IMG/VR virus record: IMGVR_UViG_3300020042_003373
Span: 1 to 54,329 of that record
DNA from: a virus
Lineage: Duplodnaviria > Caudoviricetes
DNA length: 54,329 nucleotides
Reading direction: 5' to 3' (one strand)
The translations under genes and the position numbers were made by a program. A model generated the notes under the pieces. That model made no database searches. It was not told the origin of the DNA and was given only the letters and a program-made list of their open reading frames with translations. Below, piece by piece: positions 39,701 through 48,200 of this stretch (position 1 is the stretch's first letter; every line of letters starts with the position of its first letter).

Positions 39701-41635
39701 TCCTTCCTTGAGATGCTGAGGGCAAACCCAGAGCAGACAAAGGACATCGCTCAAATCCTTAGCCGCCCAATGACCAGAACCGCCATTGTGAATGGCGTGG
39801 TCAAGGTTGTGCCCGACATCATGTACAAGGGTAGACCAGATATCCTTGTGGTCAAGGAAGGCGGTAAAGAAACCGTTGTTCAGATTAAGGACGAAGCAAT
39901 CGCTCGGTCCATGATTGGTGCGACATCTAGCTCGCCAACAACAAACAACGCATTGATCAAGGGCATGATTGCCCTCAACAGCTACTTGGCTAAGATCAAT
40001 ACTGCGTACAACCCTGAGTTCATGATCACTAACTTCCTCCGTGATCTTCAAACCTTCGGCGTGAACGTCGAGCAATTTGATGTTGACGGCCTTCGCTCTG
40101 ACTCGATCAGGGATGTCAGGGCCGCCATGTCCGGTATCCGCGACGTGGTGCGCGGCACCGACAATAACCCGGAGATGGCTGGCTACTACAACCGCCTCAA
40201 GGAACTAGGCGGAACCAACGAAGCCTATGGTTTTGCCGATCTCGACACTCGCATCAATGAGATCAACGAAACGATGGCGAAGACTGGCACGAACGCCAAG
40301 TCTTGGAAGGATATGGCCAAAGTCATTGCCCCGGTCGGTAAGTTCATTGAAGACTACAACACCATTGTTGAGAACGGTATCCGCACATCCGTGTTTAAGA
40401 ATATGGTGGAGCGTGGCATCAACGAACAGCAGGCTGCGTATATTGCCAAAAACGTGACGGTCAACTTCACGAAGGGCGGCGAGAACCGCGTCTTTATGAA
40501 CGCCATGTATCTGTTCTACAACGCATCCCTCCAAGGCACGATGGCTATGGTCAATGCCATGGGCCGCTCCAAGAAGGTGAGGAGGATCGTTGCTGGCATT
40601 ATGGTCGCTGGCCTGATGCAGGACGCCTTGAACAGCATGCTGTCTGGCGAGGATGAGGATGGCGAGAAGGTCTATGATAAAATCCCGGATCATATTCTGA
40701 AGCGTAGCTTCATTATGATGGATCCTTTTGGCCTTACCGAGCGCGGTTATCTCAGCTTCCCAATGCCCTATGGCTTCAATGCCTTCTTCAATATGGGCAG
40801 AGAGATGGGCAAGGTTGCGCGTGGTGCGTCCACCCCAATGGATGGTGCGGGCAATATCCTTGGCACATTCCGCGATGCCTTCAACCCAGTGGGTGGGGGC
40901 GAGAGCTTCTTGAATTTTGTTGCCCCAACAATAGCCGATCCTCTCGTAGACATTGCCAGGAACAGAGACTTCGCTGACAGGCCCATCGTGCCAGAGCGTG
41001 GTGGCTTCGGCGTCCAGCCGCCAGAGAGCCAGAAGTATTGGAACAACACTTTCGCTCCGTTCGTTGGTATCTCTAGTTTCTTGAACGAACTTACGGGCGG
41101 GACAACAGTCATCCCAGGCGCGGTCGATATCAGCCCGAACATGATCAACTACTTGTTCAACTTTGCGACTGGTGCCGCAGGCAAGTTCGTTGAGCGCAGC
41201 TTCACCACCGCCACAACAACCATCCCGTCCATGTTGGCCGGTGATTTCTCAGAAGTCGAGGCGCGTGAGATTCCTCTGGCTCGTTCCCTGATTGGGAACG
41301 TCACATCGCGCAACGACATGGAACGCTACATGCAGCGCACACAGGAGGTTCTGCAAATCCGCCAGGAGATCAGGGCAGCCAATGAAGCCGGGGATTCCGA
41401 GCGGGTTGCTGCGGCTTTTGAGAGATACCCTGGCCAGATCGAGATCATGGACAGCATCAACAAGCTGTCCAGAGATAGAAGTAAGCTGACCCGCGATATC
41501 AACTCTATCAGTAGAAATGAGAACATCCCTGAAGATGTTAAACGTGATCTGATCAAGCAGCTTCGTGATCAGCAGAACCAACTGGTTGGTCTAGCCAATA
41601 GGCTTTACAACCAGCGGGTCACTAACAGGGACTAG
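36722..41635 (+). CDS. Large internal virion/ejection protein with LPD38-like C-terminus
   Basis: 1637 aa and last gene of the arm; TVNFTKGG...YLFYNASLQG...YDKIPD...PMPYGFN...NRDF..RPIVP. Confidence 0.7.
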   Translation: MPYYVRLPDNRDIEFPDNYPRDDAVRIARDIFRQPIEQPAVAAPPEERSLLGGAISRGYNTLQSNLGSAAEGAGSVLGIESLRNYGAESRRRNQQEAEQAQPADRRATFEDANSFGGYARATGQAVAESLPATGLGLAGGVAGGIAGGALGSFLGPVGTVAGATGGRTLGAFLGSSLASLPTFYGSNRQRQIEESTPRDAQGRPTGEGTVSSEAAAFGAAVPQAAMEGVTDVLLAGLGRFFRGGVEEVGKAFLPRVAQGIGVGAASEVPTEVLQQALERAQAGLDLQSPEAYREYREATIAAIAAGGTMGGAVSGALGRRPAPATAREREEEAPPQPGQTPAPEAVAEGAPVEAPVVQPSEAAVPNGNEVPTGGGITPEAATPITAPAPVQMPEQAAPEIVEGQPQAQTAEPSAAPVAPPVAPVEPAPITGFTTALGSTYEINEEGQTSRTKNSPGRGQGKTYEPHNVLFVDPDEALNILEDMRGGGNYRFVVDDPAGPRPIGVGESISGKRVALAVFNQDGTFDRYVPAKTQPAVGLSPVELRYDTNEAGEVMSNRHIGNVITEVRGAAPAEQSAPVQPEPAASAQPMAVAEGETRKAIWNGPDYDMPVDVYPDPPEAAPDGTLYSRVSYGGQDTYLPTNDLKFSEPAPVEETSKKPAATSQPISVYSEVKRGKDIFPPGNKPVKAGAPKAKTKSAAAKGATGGLPPIGQRVPPVTQIMADGTELQIEYNVVAKALSKRFGQLGWKIQPSKIERFFTVFQDHMLPVARMVDSIKAAGGNVLQAMNTYVQQDLLSGRTADMLKQRNEGMYQRLINGIANSKVGMTDFENYLYARHAEERNNYIATINPEMPDGGSGMSNARAKEVLDEFAGAGKIPELEKLAVMFDAIIADTNKLRSEYGLTPDFSTMTVDSEGKLLPNYQNYAPLKGFADESVDADEPINEFRPKGSRMLGAKGREDMQAMGRKRMAGDIVAHAMMQNTQAVVRSQKNAVGQSFLEMLRANPEQTKDIAQILSRPMTRTAIVNGVVKVVPDIMYKGRPDILVVKEGGKETVVQIKDEAIARSMIGATSSSPTTNNALIKGMIALNSYLAKINTAYNPEFMITNFLRDLQTFGVNVEQFDVDGLRSDSIRDVRAAMSGIRDVVRGTDNNPEMAGYYNRLKELGGTNEAYGFADLDTRINEINETMAKTGTNAKSWKDMAKVIAPVGKFIEDYNTIVENGIRTSVFKNMVERGINEQQAAYIAKNVTVNFTKGGENRVFMNAMYLFYNASLQGTMAMVNAMGRSKKVRRIVAGIMVAGLMQDALNSMLSGEDEDGEKVYDKIPDHILKRSFIMMDPFGLTERGYLSFPMPYGFNAFFNMGREMGKVARGASTPMDGAGNILGTFRDAFNPVGGGESFLNFVAPTIADPLVDIARNRDFADRPIVPERGGFGVQPPESQKYWNNTFAPFVGISSFLNELTGGTTVIPGAVDISPNMINYLFNFATGAAGKFVERSFTTATTTIPSMLAGDFSEVEAREIPLARSLIGNVTSRNDMERYMQRTQEVLQIRQEIRAANEAGDSERVAAAFERYPGQIEIMDSINKLSRDRSKLTRDINSISRNENIPEDVKRDLIKQLRDQQNQLVGLANRLYNQRVTNRD

Positions 41636-41946
41636 GCGTTGCCCTTTTGACCGTGGGTCATCTTCTCGGCCCACTCTATTTCCTTGATCCTTCTCCGCGC
41701 TTCTTCAGCGGAGCTGGCCATGAACTTCATGGCGTTGTCGATGTTCGACGACGCCGCGCGTGGCGAAGAAATAAACATCAAGTAAGTCCAGAACGCGGAG
41801 CCGAGGGCGGCCAGCATTGTGGACGGCTCGATATCACGCTCTCCAACGAACTCAATGGCAGAATTGACGGCGACCAATGCGAACTCTTCGCCCATCTCCC
41901 TCTCTTCTGGAGTCATGTCTTCAGTGGATACGATCTTATCAGTCAT
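41632..41946 (-). CDS. Hypothetical protein
   Basis: Last gene of the leftward arm; its stop overlaps the stop of the large virion gene. Confidence 0.55.
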   Translation of the reverse strand: MTDKIVSTEDMTPEEREMGEEFALVAVNSAIEFVGERDIEPSTMLAALGSAFWTYLMFISSPRAASSNIDNAMKFMASSAEEARRRIKEIEWAEKMTHGQKGNA

Positions 41947-42250
41947 TGACAATCTCCTCCATGACTGAAGCGTAACCAGCGATGTCGATGTGGCAGTCTT
42001 GATGGCCTGGGCTATGCATCAACCGGGCAACCTTAACCAGCAGCATCATCATTGCCACGTCATACGGGGTGATTTGAAAATCCATATCCTTGTATTCGCA
42101 GTCAGTCTTCCACGTCGCGGTGCGCTCTTGCAGCCACATCGTCCAGAGCTTTGCGATACGCATGTGGTTTACATACTTATCGCCGTAGTCTTCAGCTCTT
42201 TGCCCACCAACCAAATTGGCTGCGGCACTTAGCATCTCTTCTGATTTCAT
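41939..42250 (-). CDS. Conserved phage protein (DUF6378-like)
   Basis: A..LVGGQRAEDYG....H.RIA.LW...ITPYDVAMMMLLVKVAR......HQD..IDIAGYA. Confidence 0.72.
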   Translation of the reverse strand: MKSEEMLSAAANLVGGQRAEDYGDKYVNHMRIAKLWTMWLQERTATWKTDCEYKDMDFQITPYDVAMMMLLVKVARLMHSPGHQDCHIDIAGYASVMEEIVND

Positions 42251-42360
42251 TTCTTGTCCCTTTTGAAACAGCTTATGACTGAGGGCACAATGCCTCCCAG
42301 GAAACCAGCCGCCAGTACGGCAACGAAGTACACCAGTGCCAGGATCACATCGAACACCAT
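42247..42360 (-). CDS. 37-aa membrane peptide (not in the ORF track)
   Basis: MVFDVILALVYFVAVLAAGFLGGIVPSVISCFKRDKK; fills the gap exactly, with TGATG and ATGA overlaps. Confidence 0.6.
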   Translation of the reverse strand: MVFDVILALVYFVAVLAAGFLGGIVPSVISCFKRDKK

Positions 42361-42578
42361 CACTTCTTAGGCGTCAGCTTGCCCAGCATGATCTCCCCAA
42401 AAGGCTTGAGAAGCTTTGTCTCGACGCTGAGAACGTGGTCGGGGAGCAGATCATCAAGGTTCTGCATCTCGCTATAGGGCAAGCTGAATGACCAGCGGTC
42501 ACCCTCACGCATAGCAAACCGCTTGAACTCTGTCTCGTTGAAGTCAGCCACCTTGGTGGCCAAGGGCACATCTTCCAT
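42360..42578 (-). CDS. Hypothetical protein
   Basis: AGGAGAG RBS; coupled to the downstream peptide. Confidence 0.55.
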   Translation of the reverse strand: MEDVPLATKVADFNETEFKRFAMREGDRWSFSLPYSEMQNLDDLLPDHVLSVETKLLKPFGEIMLGKLTPKK

Positions 42579-42586
42579 TGTCTCTC

Positions 42587-43021
42587 CTAGATATCCAAGA
42601 AGTTGTTCTCAAACCGCTCTCTTAGGGCAAAGAATCTTTCCCGCGCATCGCGGCTGGTCTTGAGTTCCGCCCTGCTTTCGATCTTGCAGTAAGCCCTGAC
42701 ACCATCAGTGCAGGCTTCCTCAGAGGCAAAGACTGCAAGCTGAACCCGAACCATCCATTGCTGAAACTTGGGGTTGCGGCAGAGCATGGCTGCGCTCTGC
42801 ACAGCCCTGTCTCCCTCCTCCATATCCCGGCCCTTAACGGGCTGGTCATGGTCATCCAGCAGGACCATGGCGATCTGATAGCGACAGCCCACAGGCTGCG
42901 CCAGGAGGTCCACAGGGACATCTCCGGGGTGGATGGAGAGGGTGATGTAGGTACCCTTCCCATCCTGCCTCACAGATATCTTCTTGCCCTCAAAGGACAT
43001 CGCGGCGTCTCTGATCCTCAT
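42587..43021 (-). CDS. Conserved phage protein
   Basis: FEGKK...G.YITLSIHP.DVP.DL...VG.RY...A.MLCRNPKFQQW...C.I.SRAEL. Confidence 0.62.
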   Translation of the reverse strand: MRIRDAAMSFEGKKISVRQDGKGTYITLSIHPGDVPVDLLAQPVGCRYQIAMVLLDDHDQPVKGRDMEEGDRAVQSAAMLCRNPKFQQWMVRVQLAVFASEEACTDGVRAYCKIESRAELKTSRDARERFFALRERFENNFLDI

Positions 43022-43033
43022 GAGGGCAATCCT

Positions 43034-43285
43034 TTACTCAGCGCGCCAGATGCGGATGCCGCCCACCTCATCAGCCGAGCGGAACTTCTTGTCGAGGCGT
43101 TTGCCCTCGCGGCTGAGGAAGACATACAAGGTGTTCTTGGCGAACGAACCAAGCACCTTGATGCTGTCGCCGACTTCCATAACGTCGAGCAAGTTGCGCG
43201 CATCATGGCCGATCACAGGCGGGCGACCGGCATTGACGCCGATAGTGCGTTCTGGAATCGGGTGACCCTTCTCAATCTCAATCAT
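43034..43285 (-). CDS. Small putative DNA-binding protein
   Basis: IEIEKGHPIP...MEVGDSI...GIRIWR pattern. Confidence 0.6.
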   Translation of the reverse strand: MIEIEKGHPIPERTIGVNAGRPPVIGHDARNLLDVMEVGDSIKVLGSFAKNTLYVFLSREGKRLDKKFRSADEVGGIRIWRAE

Positions 43286-43463
43286 CTACAATCTCCTTGA
43301 TTGTTGCGTATACGTTGGCTTCTCCCCGCTCTCGCCAGGATGATCCATGCAGTCCGATCTCATCACCGATCTGCCATTTGTTCCCATCTTCACGGGGCAA
43401 TAAATCCACGATGCGGATTATCAACCCATTGAAGTGCGGATTTTCTGCGAATACTCGCACCAT
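43278..43463 (-). CDS. Hypothetical protein
   Basis: Fills the gap between neighbours; start uncertain. Confidence 0.4.
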   Translation of the reverse strand: MVRVFAENPHFNGLIIRIVDLLPREDGNKWQIGDEIGLHGSSWRERGEANVYATIKEIVDD

Positions 43464-43690
43464 GTCAATGGGTCTACGCCCTTCAAATCCCACCATGTCT
43501 TTTCATCTCCATAGTTATGCAATTCCATGTGGTGTTCTGGACACAGTGGTACCGCCCAGTCGTCACCAGATTTCTTGCTCATTGCTGAGGGTTCCGCGAA
43601 CATCAAGTGATGTGCGTGAGCATGGCGTTTACAAATCAAGCAGCCATTCGTCCTCACCCACGCAAGGTGCTTGCTCGACCTTAACCGCAT
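43421..43690 (-). CDS. DUF968-like His/Cys metal-binding (HNH-like) protein
   Basis: RSSKHLAWVR..GCLIC....AHH......K.GDDWAVPLC.EHH.ELH; start at MRLRS. Confidence 0.7.
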   Translation of the reverse strand: MRLRSSKHLAWVRTNGCLICKRHAHAHHLMFAEPSAMSKKSGDDWAVPLCPEHHMELHNYGDEKTWWDLKGVDPLTWCEYSQKIRTSMG

Positions 43691-44141
43691 TGATGTTCTC
43701 CAATTCAGATTGGGGCACCATCCAGCAGCGCCCCTTTTCAGATTTGAATATCCAGTCATTCCGTAGCTTAGCTTTGCCAGCAAACATCCAGCCAACCAGC
43801 AGGAAGTTTGGAGGGTCGCATGTCACAAGGACAACGCGCTGATCGTCCTTGTCTTTCTCTCCGATAATCAGGGAGCCGTCCGATCTGGTGGTTGATCTCA
43901 CCTCCAGATATCCGCCAACATCTGGGCAATTGATCCCCTCGACGCCGGACCAGTACATGTTCAATCCCTTGGCGGTCGCCATCTCTGCCATGCAAGACAT
44001 GATGTCAATCGAATCCCGGACATGGGACATATCCAAGACCGAGTGCTGCTTGGCATTGCGCCCTAGGGCAGAGATGTATCTCTCTGCCCCGTGACTGCTA
44101 GCCACTCTCATTTCGTTAGGAGAGAGGACAACCCTTTTCAT
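43629..44141 (-). CDS. Conserved phage protein, possible PD-(D/E)XK fold
   Basis: AEMATAK.LN.YW...PDVG..LEVRST...GW.....K...W.VPQSEL. Confidence 0.6.
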   Translation of the reverse strand: MKRVVLSPNEMRVASSHGAERYISALGRNAKQHSVLDMSHVRDSIDIMSCMAEMATAKGLNMYWSGVEGINCPDVGGYLEVRSTTRSDGSLIIGEKDKDDQRVVLVTCDPPNFLLVGWMFAGKAKLRNDWIFKSEKGRCWMVPQSELENINAVKVEQAPCVGEDEWLLDL

Positions 44142-44416
44142 TAGAAGGGAATGTCGTCGTCAACGGGAGCGGGCTTCTGCTCAGCCTTCTTGTAAGGTTT
44201 GTCAGCCTTAAGCGAGAGGAAGGTGGAGCCAGACTTGCTGGTCTTCTTCCAGCCAGCGAGGTCCATGTTAATCTTCTCGCCAGCCTTGGCCTGCTCAACC
44301 ATGATCTTTAGCAGATCACGATCAATCTCAAGGTTGCCCCTGTAGTCAGGGTGCTTGTCGCTGGTCTTGCGCTCGTTGGTGAACAACGCGCCGCCAGGAG
44401 GATATGATCCACTCAT
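44141..44416 (-). CDS. Putative single-stranded DNA-binding protein
   Basis: GALF.N..K...HPDYRG...AGW..TSKSG..FLSL; acidic DDDIPF tail typical of SSBs. Confidence 0.7.
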   Translation of the reverse strand: MSGSYPPGGALFTNERKTSDKHPDYRGNLEIDRDLLKIMVEQAKAGEKINMDLAGWKKTSKSGSTFLSLKADKPYKKAEQKPAPVDDDIPF

Positions 44417-44420
44417 CGTC

Positions 44421-45119
44421 TTAGCCTTTCAGTTCTTTTGCGCGGACTTTGAAAGCCTCGACCACGCGCGCGTATTGGTCAGGGCTGCCTGCCTTGAGAT
44501 GGTTCAAGGCGTTGGTGTTGCTGTCGGCATTCCAGAACTCTTTGAGTTCATCGTAGGTCTTGGCCGTGGGAATGAACTGGATGAAGATTTGCTCCACCAT
44601 ATTCCAGTCACCTTCCTCGCCGGGCAGATCGATGGGCTTCTCAACAGGCTTAGCCACCGGCTTGGGCGCTGGCTTAGGCGGGTCAAGATCGAATGCGCCA
44701 GGGTTTGTGGCGTCGGCGTCGATGTCCTTCTCGCCGCTAGCAACCGCAAACGTCTGCCGCATGAACACCTTGTCCACATAGGACATGGCAGAGCCGACAG
44801 TCTGCGCGCCCTGAAAGGGATGAACGATACTAAGGGTTGAGAAACCTTCGATAACATCACCGCTCTCATGGTAGAGATCGATTATGTACTTAGACTGGAC
44901 GCCAAGCTTGGGCGTGGCGGTGGTAAACGCGATCTCCTCCTCGCGAATAACCCACATCAATCCGTTCTTCGATGCGGCGTCAGCCACCGTCTCGTAGTAC
45001 CGATCAATGCTCACATACTTATAGTTGCCATGGGGGTTGAGCGTGTTTTTGCCCAACGTGCCAACGTCCTGGCGGGTTTTGACAACCGCCTTGACGATGT
45101 TTGCGCTAGTCGTATCCAT
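44421..45119 (-). CDS. ERF-like single-strand annealing recombinase
   Basis: K...NPHGNYKYVSID...HESG...AQTVGSAMSY..K...F..GEKD.DA; lies between the SSB and the nuclease. Confidence 0.72.
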   Translation of the reverse strand: MDTTSANIVKAVVKTRQDVGTLGKNTLNPHGNYKYVSIDRYYETVADAASKNGLMWVIREEEIAFTTATPKLGVQSKYIIDLYHESGDVIEGFSTLSIVHPFQGAQTVGSAMSYVDKVFMRQTFAVASGEKDIDADATNPGAFDLDPPKPAPKPVAKPVEKPIDLPGEEGDWNMVEQIFIQFIPTAKTYDELKEFWNADSNTNALNHLKAGSPDQYARVVEAFKVRAKELKG

Positions 45120-46012
45120 CACTGTTCTTCTCCTTTAAGTTTCTTAAACTGCTCGCACCATTGCGATACTGAACAAAAACTCTCACAGCGAGTGTTAAGA
45201 CCGGGCCGCTCTTCAAGCTCTGCCTTGTTGGCTTTGGCAAACTCTTCAGCGTCATCCCGCTCATTCCACTCGAAGACCTTGAGCGCGCGCTTACCGCCCG
45301 GCTTCACTACACCCAACTTGCCGGGGCGATACCACCGCTCGTCATCACTGCACTCTGGAAGCGATTCTCCCCACTCCTGAAGGCGCTGCGCCTCTTGGTG
45401 TAGGGCAACCCTACCCTCAAGGTATGACAGCCTCTCAGCCTCATCCCAGAGGCGCTGAGGAACCATGGAGATAGGTGCCTTAGGGTAGCCTTCCTTATAA
45501 CCAGCCTCATGCCTATTCCAATCACGGCACACGGCAATGATCTGAAGACCGGTGACCTTATAGTTCTTGGTCCTCTCGACCAGATGGGCATAGAGGTTAA
45601 GCTGCCTTTCCCAGTCAGCCTTGTTGTTCATGATTGCCCATGCTGAAGTGAGCTTGTAGTCGGAGATGATAACCTCATGATCACCCGCGCCGTTGATGCC
45701 CAGGCTTTGAAGATCAACGCCGCCAGAGATTGTCCACCCGTTAACATCTAGGAATAGGCGTTCTTCAGGAAGATGCTCGCTATCAGCGCCCTGCTCGACC
45801 ACATGATGAAAGGCTTGGCCCATCAGCGGCCAGACCATCTCACTCACGTCGGTCGTGATCTCATCCTCGTGCTTCTCCCGGAGGACGCGCACACGCGGAC
45901 TGTCAATGATCTGCGTGACCGACAGCCGGGACTTGCCCCTGGAGTATCGGTCGCGCCTCGCCAGATTGACTAGCGTCTGAGGCAAGCCCAGGTTATTGGT
46001 TATCTTTGCCAA
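45119..46012 (-). CDS. PD-(D/E)XK exonuclease (RecB/Cas4-like)
   Basis: SVTQII, G.AFH..VE, E.RL, SGGVD, ISDYK, QLNLYA; C-terminal C...RC..FC.V.QWC. Confidence 0.78.
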   Translation of the reverse strand: MAKITNNLGLPQTLVNLARRDRYSRGKSRLSVTQIIDSPRVRVLREKHEDEITTDVSEMVWPLMGQAFHHVVEQGADSEHLPEERLFLDVNGWTISGGVDLQSLGINGAGDHEVIISDYKLTSAWAIMNNKADWERQLNLYAHLVERTKNYKVTGLQIIAVCRDWNRHEAGYKEGYPKAPISMVPQRLWDEAERLSYLEGRVALHQEAQRLQEWGESLPECSDDERWYRPGKLGVVKPGGKRALKVFEWNERDDAEEFAKANKAELEERPGLNTRCESFCSVSQWCEQFKKLKGEEQ

Positions 46013-46121
46013 TGAGTTTCTCTCTCGTGGTTATGGGCGTTTATCCCATACCAATAAGCGACGGTCAACACGTCAACCAGAAAAAAAGTAGAATTTTTTG
46101 GCAACATGAAAGGGAATTAAT

Positions 46122-46487
46122 GTGGAGGTTTATCTGGTTGTCAAGGGTGAGCCAGCCAGTAAGGCCAATAGCCGGAGGCTAGTCACCATTGGTGGGAAGC
46201 CCCGCTCTATCAAGTCAGCGAAGGCGCTGAGCTATGCTGACGCCTTCAACCTTCAGGTCCAACCAGTCGAACCTCTCCTTGAGGGAGAGCTAGCTGTGAC
46301 CATGCACATTCATTACGCAAGCCAGCGCCCCGATCTGGATGAGAGCCTCATCCTCGATTTGCTTCAGGGCAAACTGTATGCGAACGACCGGCAAGTGAGA
46401 GAGAGGCATGTCTATCATTTCATAGACAAACTCAATCCCCGCACCGAGATATGGATCAGACCTAGGTCTAGTTGCCCAGCAATCTGA
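46122..46487 (+). CDS. rusA: RusA-like Holliday junction resolvase
   Basis: GEPASKANSRR...RPDLD..LILD.LQG..Y.NDRQV...D..NPR.EI. Confidence 0.75.
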   Translation: MEVYLVVKGEPASKANSRRLVTIGGKPRSIKSAKALSYADAFNLQVQPVEPLLEGELAVTMHIHYASQRPDLDESLILDLLQGKLYANDRQVRERHVYHFIDKLNPRTEIWIRPRSSCPAI

Positions 46488-46815
46488 GACGGACATGACC
46501 AATGCCGGTGATGCCCAGAACCTCAGCCGCCCCGCGCGACAGGTCCAGTATCCGGCTCGACACATACGGGCCACGATCATTGATGCGGATAATCACCACA
46601 CGGCCGCGGTGCCTCACCTCAACGATAGAGCCAAGCCTCAAACACCTCGATGCGGCGGTTAGATGTGCACTCCTGAAAGCCTCACCAGAGGCGGTAGGGC
46701 GGCCCTCATGACGAGGGCCATACCATGAAGCTGTCCCTGACATCTGGCACCGCGCTCCCCATGCTGGGCTAGACGCCAGGGCCAGGACTGTCATGGGCAG
46801 CCCCATCCACCTCAT
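46468..46815 (-). CDS. RlpA-like (DPBB) lytic transglycosylase with signal peptide
   Basis: GTASWYG....GRPTASGE.F....LTAA...L.LGS.V.V....V..RINDRGPY...RILDLS.GAA..LG; N-terminus MRWMGLPMTVLALASSPAWG. Confidence 0.85.
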   Translation of the reverse strand: MRWMGLPMTVLALASSPAWGARCQMSGTASWYGPRHEGRPTASGEAFRSAHLTAASRCLRLGSIVEVRHRGRVVIIRINDRGPYVSSRILDLSRGAAEVLGITGIGHVRLRLLGN

Positions 46816-47018
46816 GGTGGAGCCTCCGAAGTCCGGCCAATCGTGATGTTGCTTTGGGCGCGGATGTCTTGGTTGCGCCAGGACCAGCATTGCCCGTCAT
46901 CATCTTGGAACACCACCCAGATCAGATCGTGTTCAATGCCATCATCAATAACCAGATGAGCTAAACCCTTGCCGTGCGGCGTGACGATAGGGATAGGCGG
47001 ATTGAGTTGTAGAATCAT
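46812..47018 (-). CDS. Conserved phage hypothetical protein
   Basis: LQLNPPIP..TP.G.G.A..VID.G.E.D..WVVF....G.CW...N..IR...N.T.GR; ATGA overlaps. Confidence 0.65.
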   Translation of the reverse strand: MILQLNPPIPIVTPHGKGLAHLVIDDGIEHDLIWVVFQDDDGQCWSWRNQDIRAQSNITIGRTSEAPP

Positions 47019-47278
47019 TGTGTCCTCTCCAACACCAGCTTCTCAAGTTGCTCTAGCTCTGCGAGAAGTTGTGTGATGCGTTGTTGTCTGAATAAGTCGA
47101 AGGCTTCCTGCACAACGTCTGTTGGGATTTTTGAGCCAGGAGTTTCTCCTCCGTCTATCTTGCGGCATGTATCCCAGGCAACGCCAAGCTCTTGCCCCGC
47201 AAAGGCATAGCCGAGCTTCTTGCTGCCATGCACGCTGATGGCTAGCTCAATAACCCTGCGTGGGCTGATGTCGCTCAT
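47015..47278 (-). CDS. Putative HTH DNA-binding protein
   Basis: FAGQELGVAWDTCRKI..GE HTH-like segment; GGAGG RBS. Confidence 0.5.
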   Translation of the reverse strand: MSDISPRRVIELAISVHGSKKLGYAFAGQELGVAWDTCRKIDGGETPGSKIPTDVVQEAFDLFRQQRITQLLAELEQLEKLVLERTQ

Positions 47279-47766
47279 GGCTTCACCTCCAGGGCTGCGC
47301 GTGCGGCCACCCATTCAGGCGGGTCTTTCCACTCTGTTTTTCCGCCCATATCATCCGCCCACTTGGCTCCGCAGCAGTCGCAAATTTCCCAGAGAAACCC
47401 GCCACGGTGCGTTTCTTTGTGCTGGCATGTGTAGCGTTCGTCGCGGTCGAGTAGGTTCTTTAAAGCCTCCCGCAGCCGCGCGTTCTCGGCGCGGAGAGTG
47501 TCCGCCTCGGATGGGGTTAAGACTGGGCTAAGGTATACCCAGCCCGTGCTTTCCAACATGTACGGCGTTTTAATGCCGCTTGCTCCATACCGCTGGGCAT
47601 CGTGATACCTCCAACCGCCAGGAGCGCGGCCATCTCCAAACGGACAAGTTTCAGCATCCCACTCCAAAGCGCGAGGCTCGCCGCCCTGCCAAGACAGCCA
47701 ATGCCACCCATCCCGCTCAGGGTTCAGTGGCCAGCCGGGCATGTTTGGGTTGGGCCATCTAATCAT
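47275..47766 (-). CDS. Hypothetical protein with C-terminal Cys motif
   Basis: PLNPERDGWHWL; coiled coil; C.HKETHRGG..WEICDCCG. Confidence 0.58.
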   Translation of the reverse strand: MIRWPNPNMPGWPLNPERDGWHWLSWQGGEPRALEWDAETCPFGDGRAPGGWRYHDAQRYGASGIKTPYMLESTGWVYLSPVLTPSEADTLRAENARLREALKNLLDRDERYTCQHKETHRGGFLWEICDCCGAKWADDMGGKTEWKDPPEWVAARAALEVKP

Positions 47767-48191
47767 TGGTCGCTCTCCTTCATTGCCTCGTCGCGCGCTA
47801 CCACAGCCTCTACATAAGTGCTGAAGGTCCGGGTCTGGTAATCCAGAACGGTGCCATCCTCGTTGAGCGCGGTCGGCAGAACAACAGCCCAGACCGGGGA
47901 GATATCCATAGAACGGTTCATCTTCATGATGTCGCCGTAGTCAACCCAATCAGCCTCATCAAAGAACTCCTCAACGGAATCCCAAAGATGGTTGATGGTG
48001 GTGCCCGCCGAAGCAATGGTGTCGGTGCAATCAACAGGTGAATACCAAATCTTTGCGGGAGGGAAGTTGGTCCGCATCTGGTAAACAGATTCCCGAAGGA
48101 ACTTAACTGCCTTAGGCTTTACGCCAGCAGCAGCAAGCTCATCTGCCAGACCATCAAGGTCAGCGAGGATCGTGAAGATTTGTAGAATCAT
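47763..48191 (-). CDS. Hypothetical protein
   Basis: AGGAAAG RBS; ATGA coupling. Confidence 0.55.
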   Translation of the reverse strand: MILQIFTILADLDGLADELAAAGVKPKAVKFLRESVYQMRTNFPPAKIWYSPVDCTDTIASAGTTINHLWDSVEEFFDEADWVDYGDIMKMNRSMDISPVWAVVLPTALNEDGTVLDYQTRTFSTYVEAVVARDEAMKESDQ

Positions 48192-48200
48192 TGTTCTTTC

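Noticed and set aside
45119-46012. Cas4 as an adaptation module for the arrays
   Set aside because: It lies 6 kb away in a standard exonuclease-ERF-SSB recombination operon; nothing links it to the arrays.
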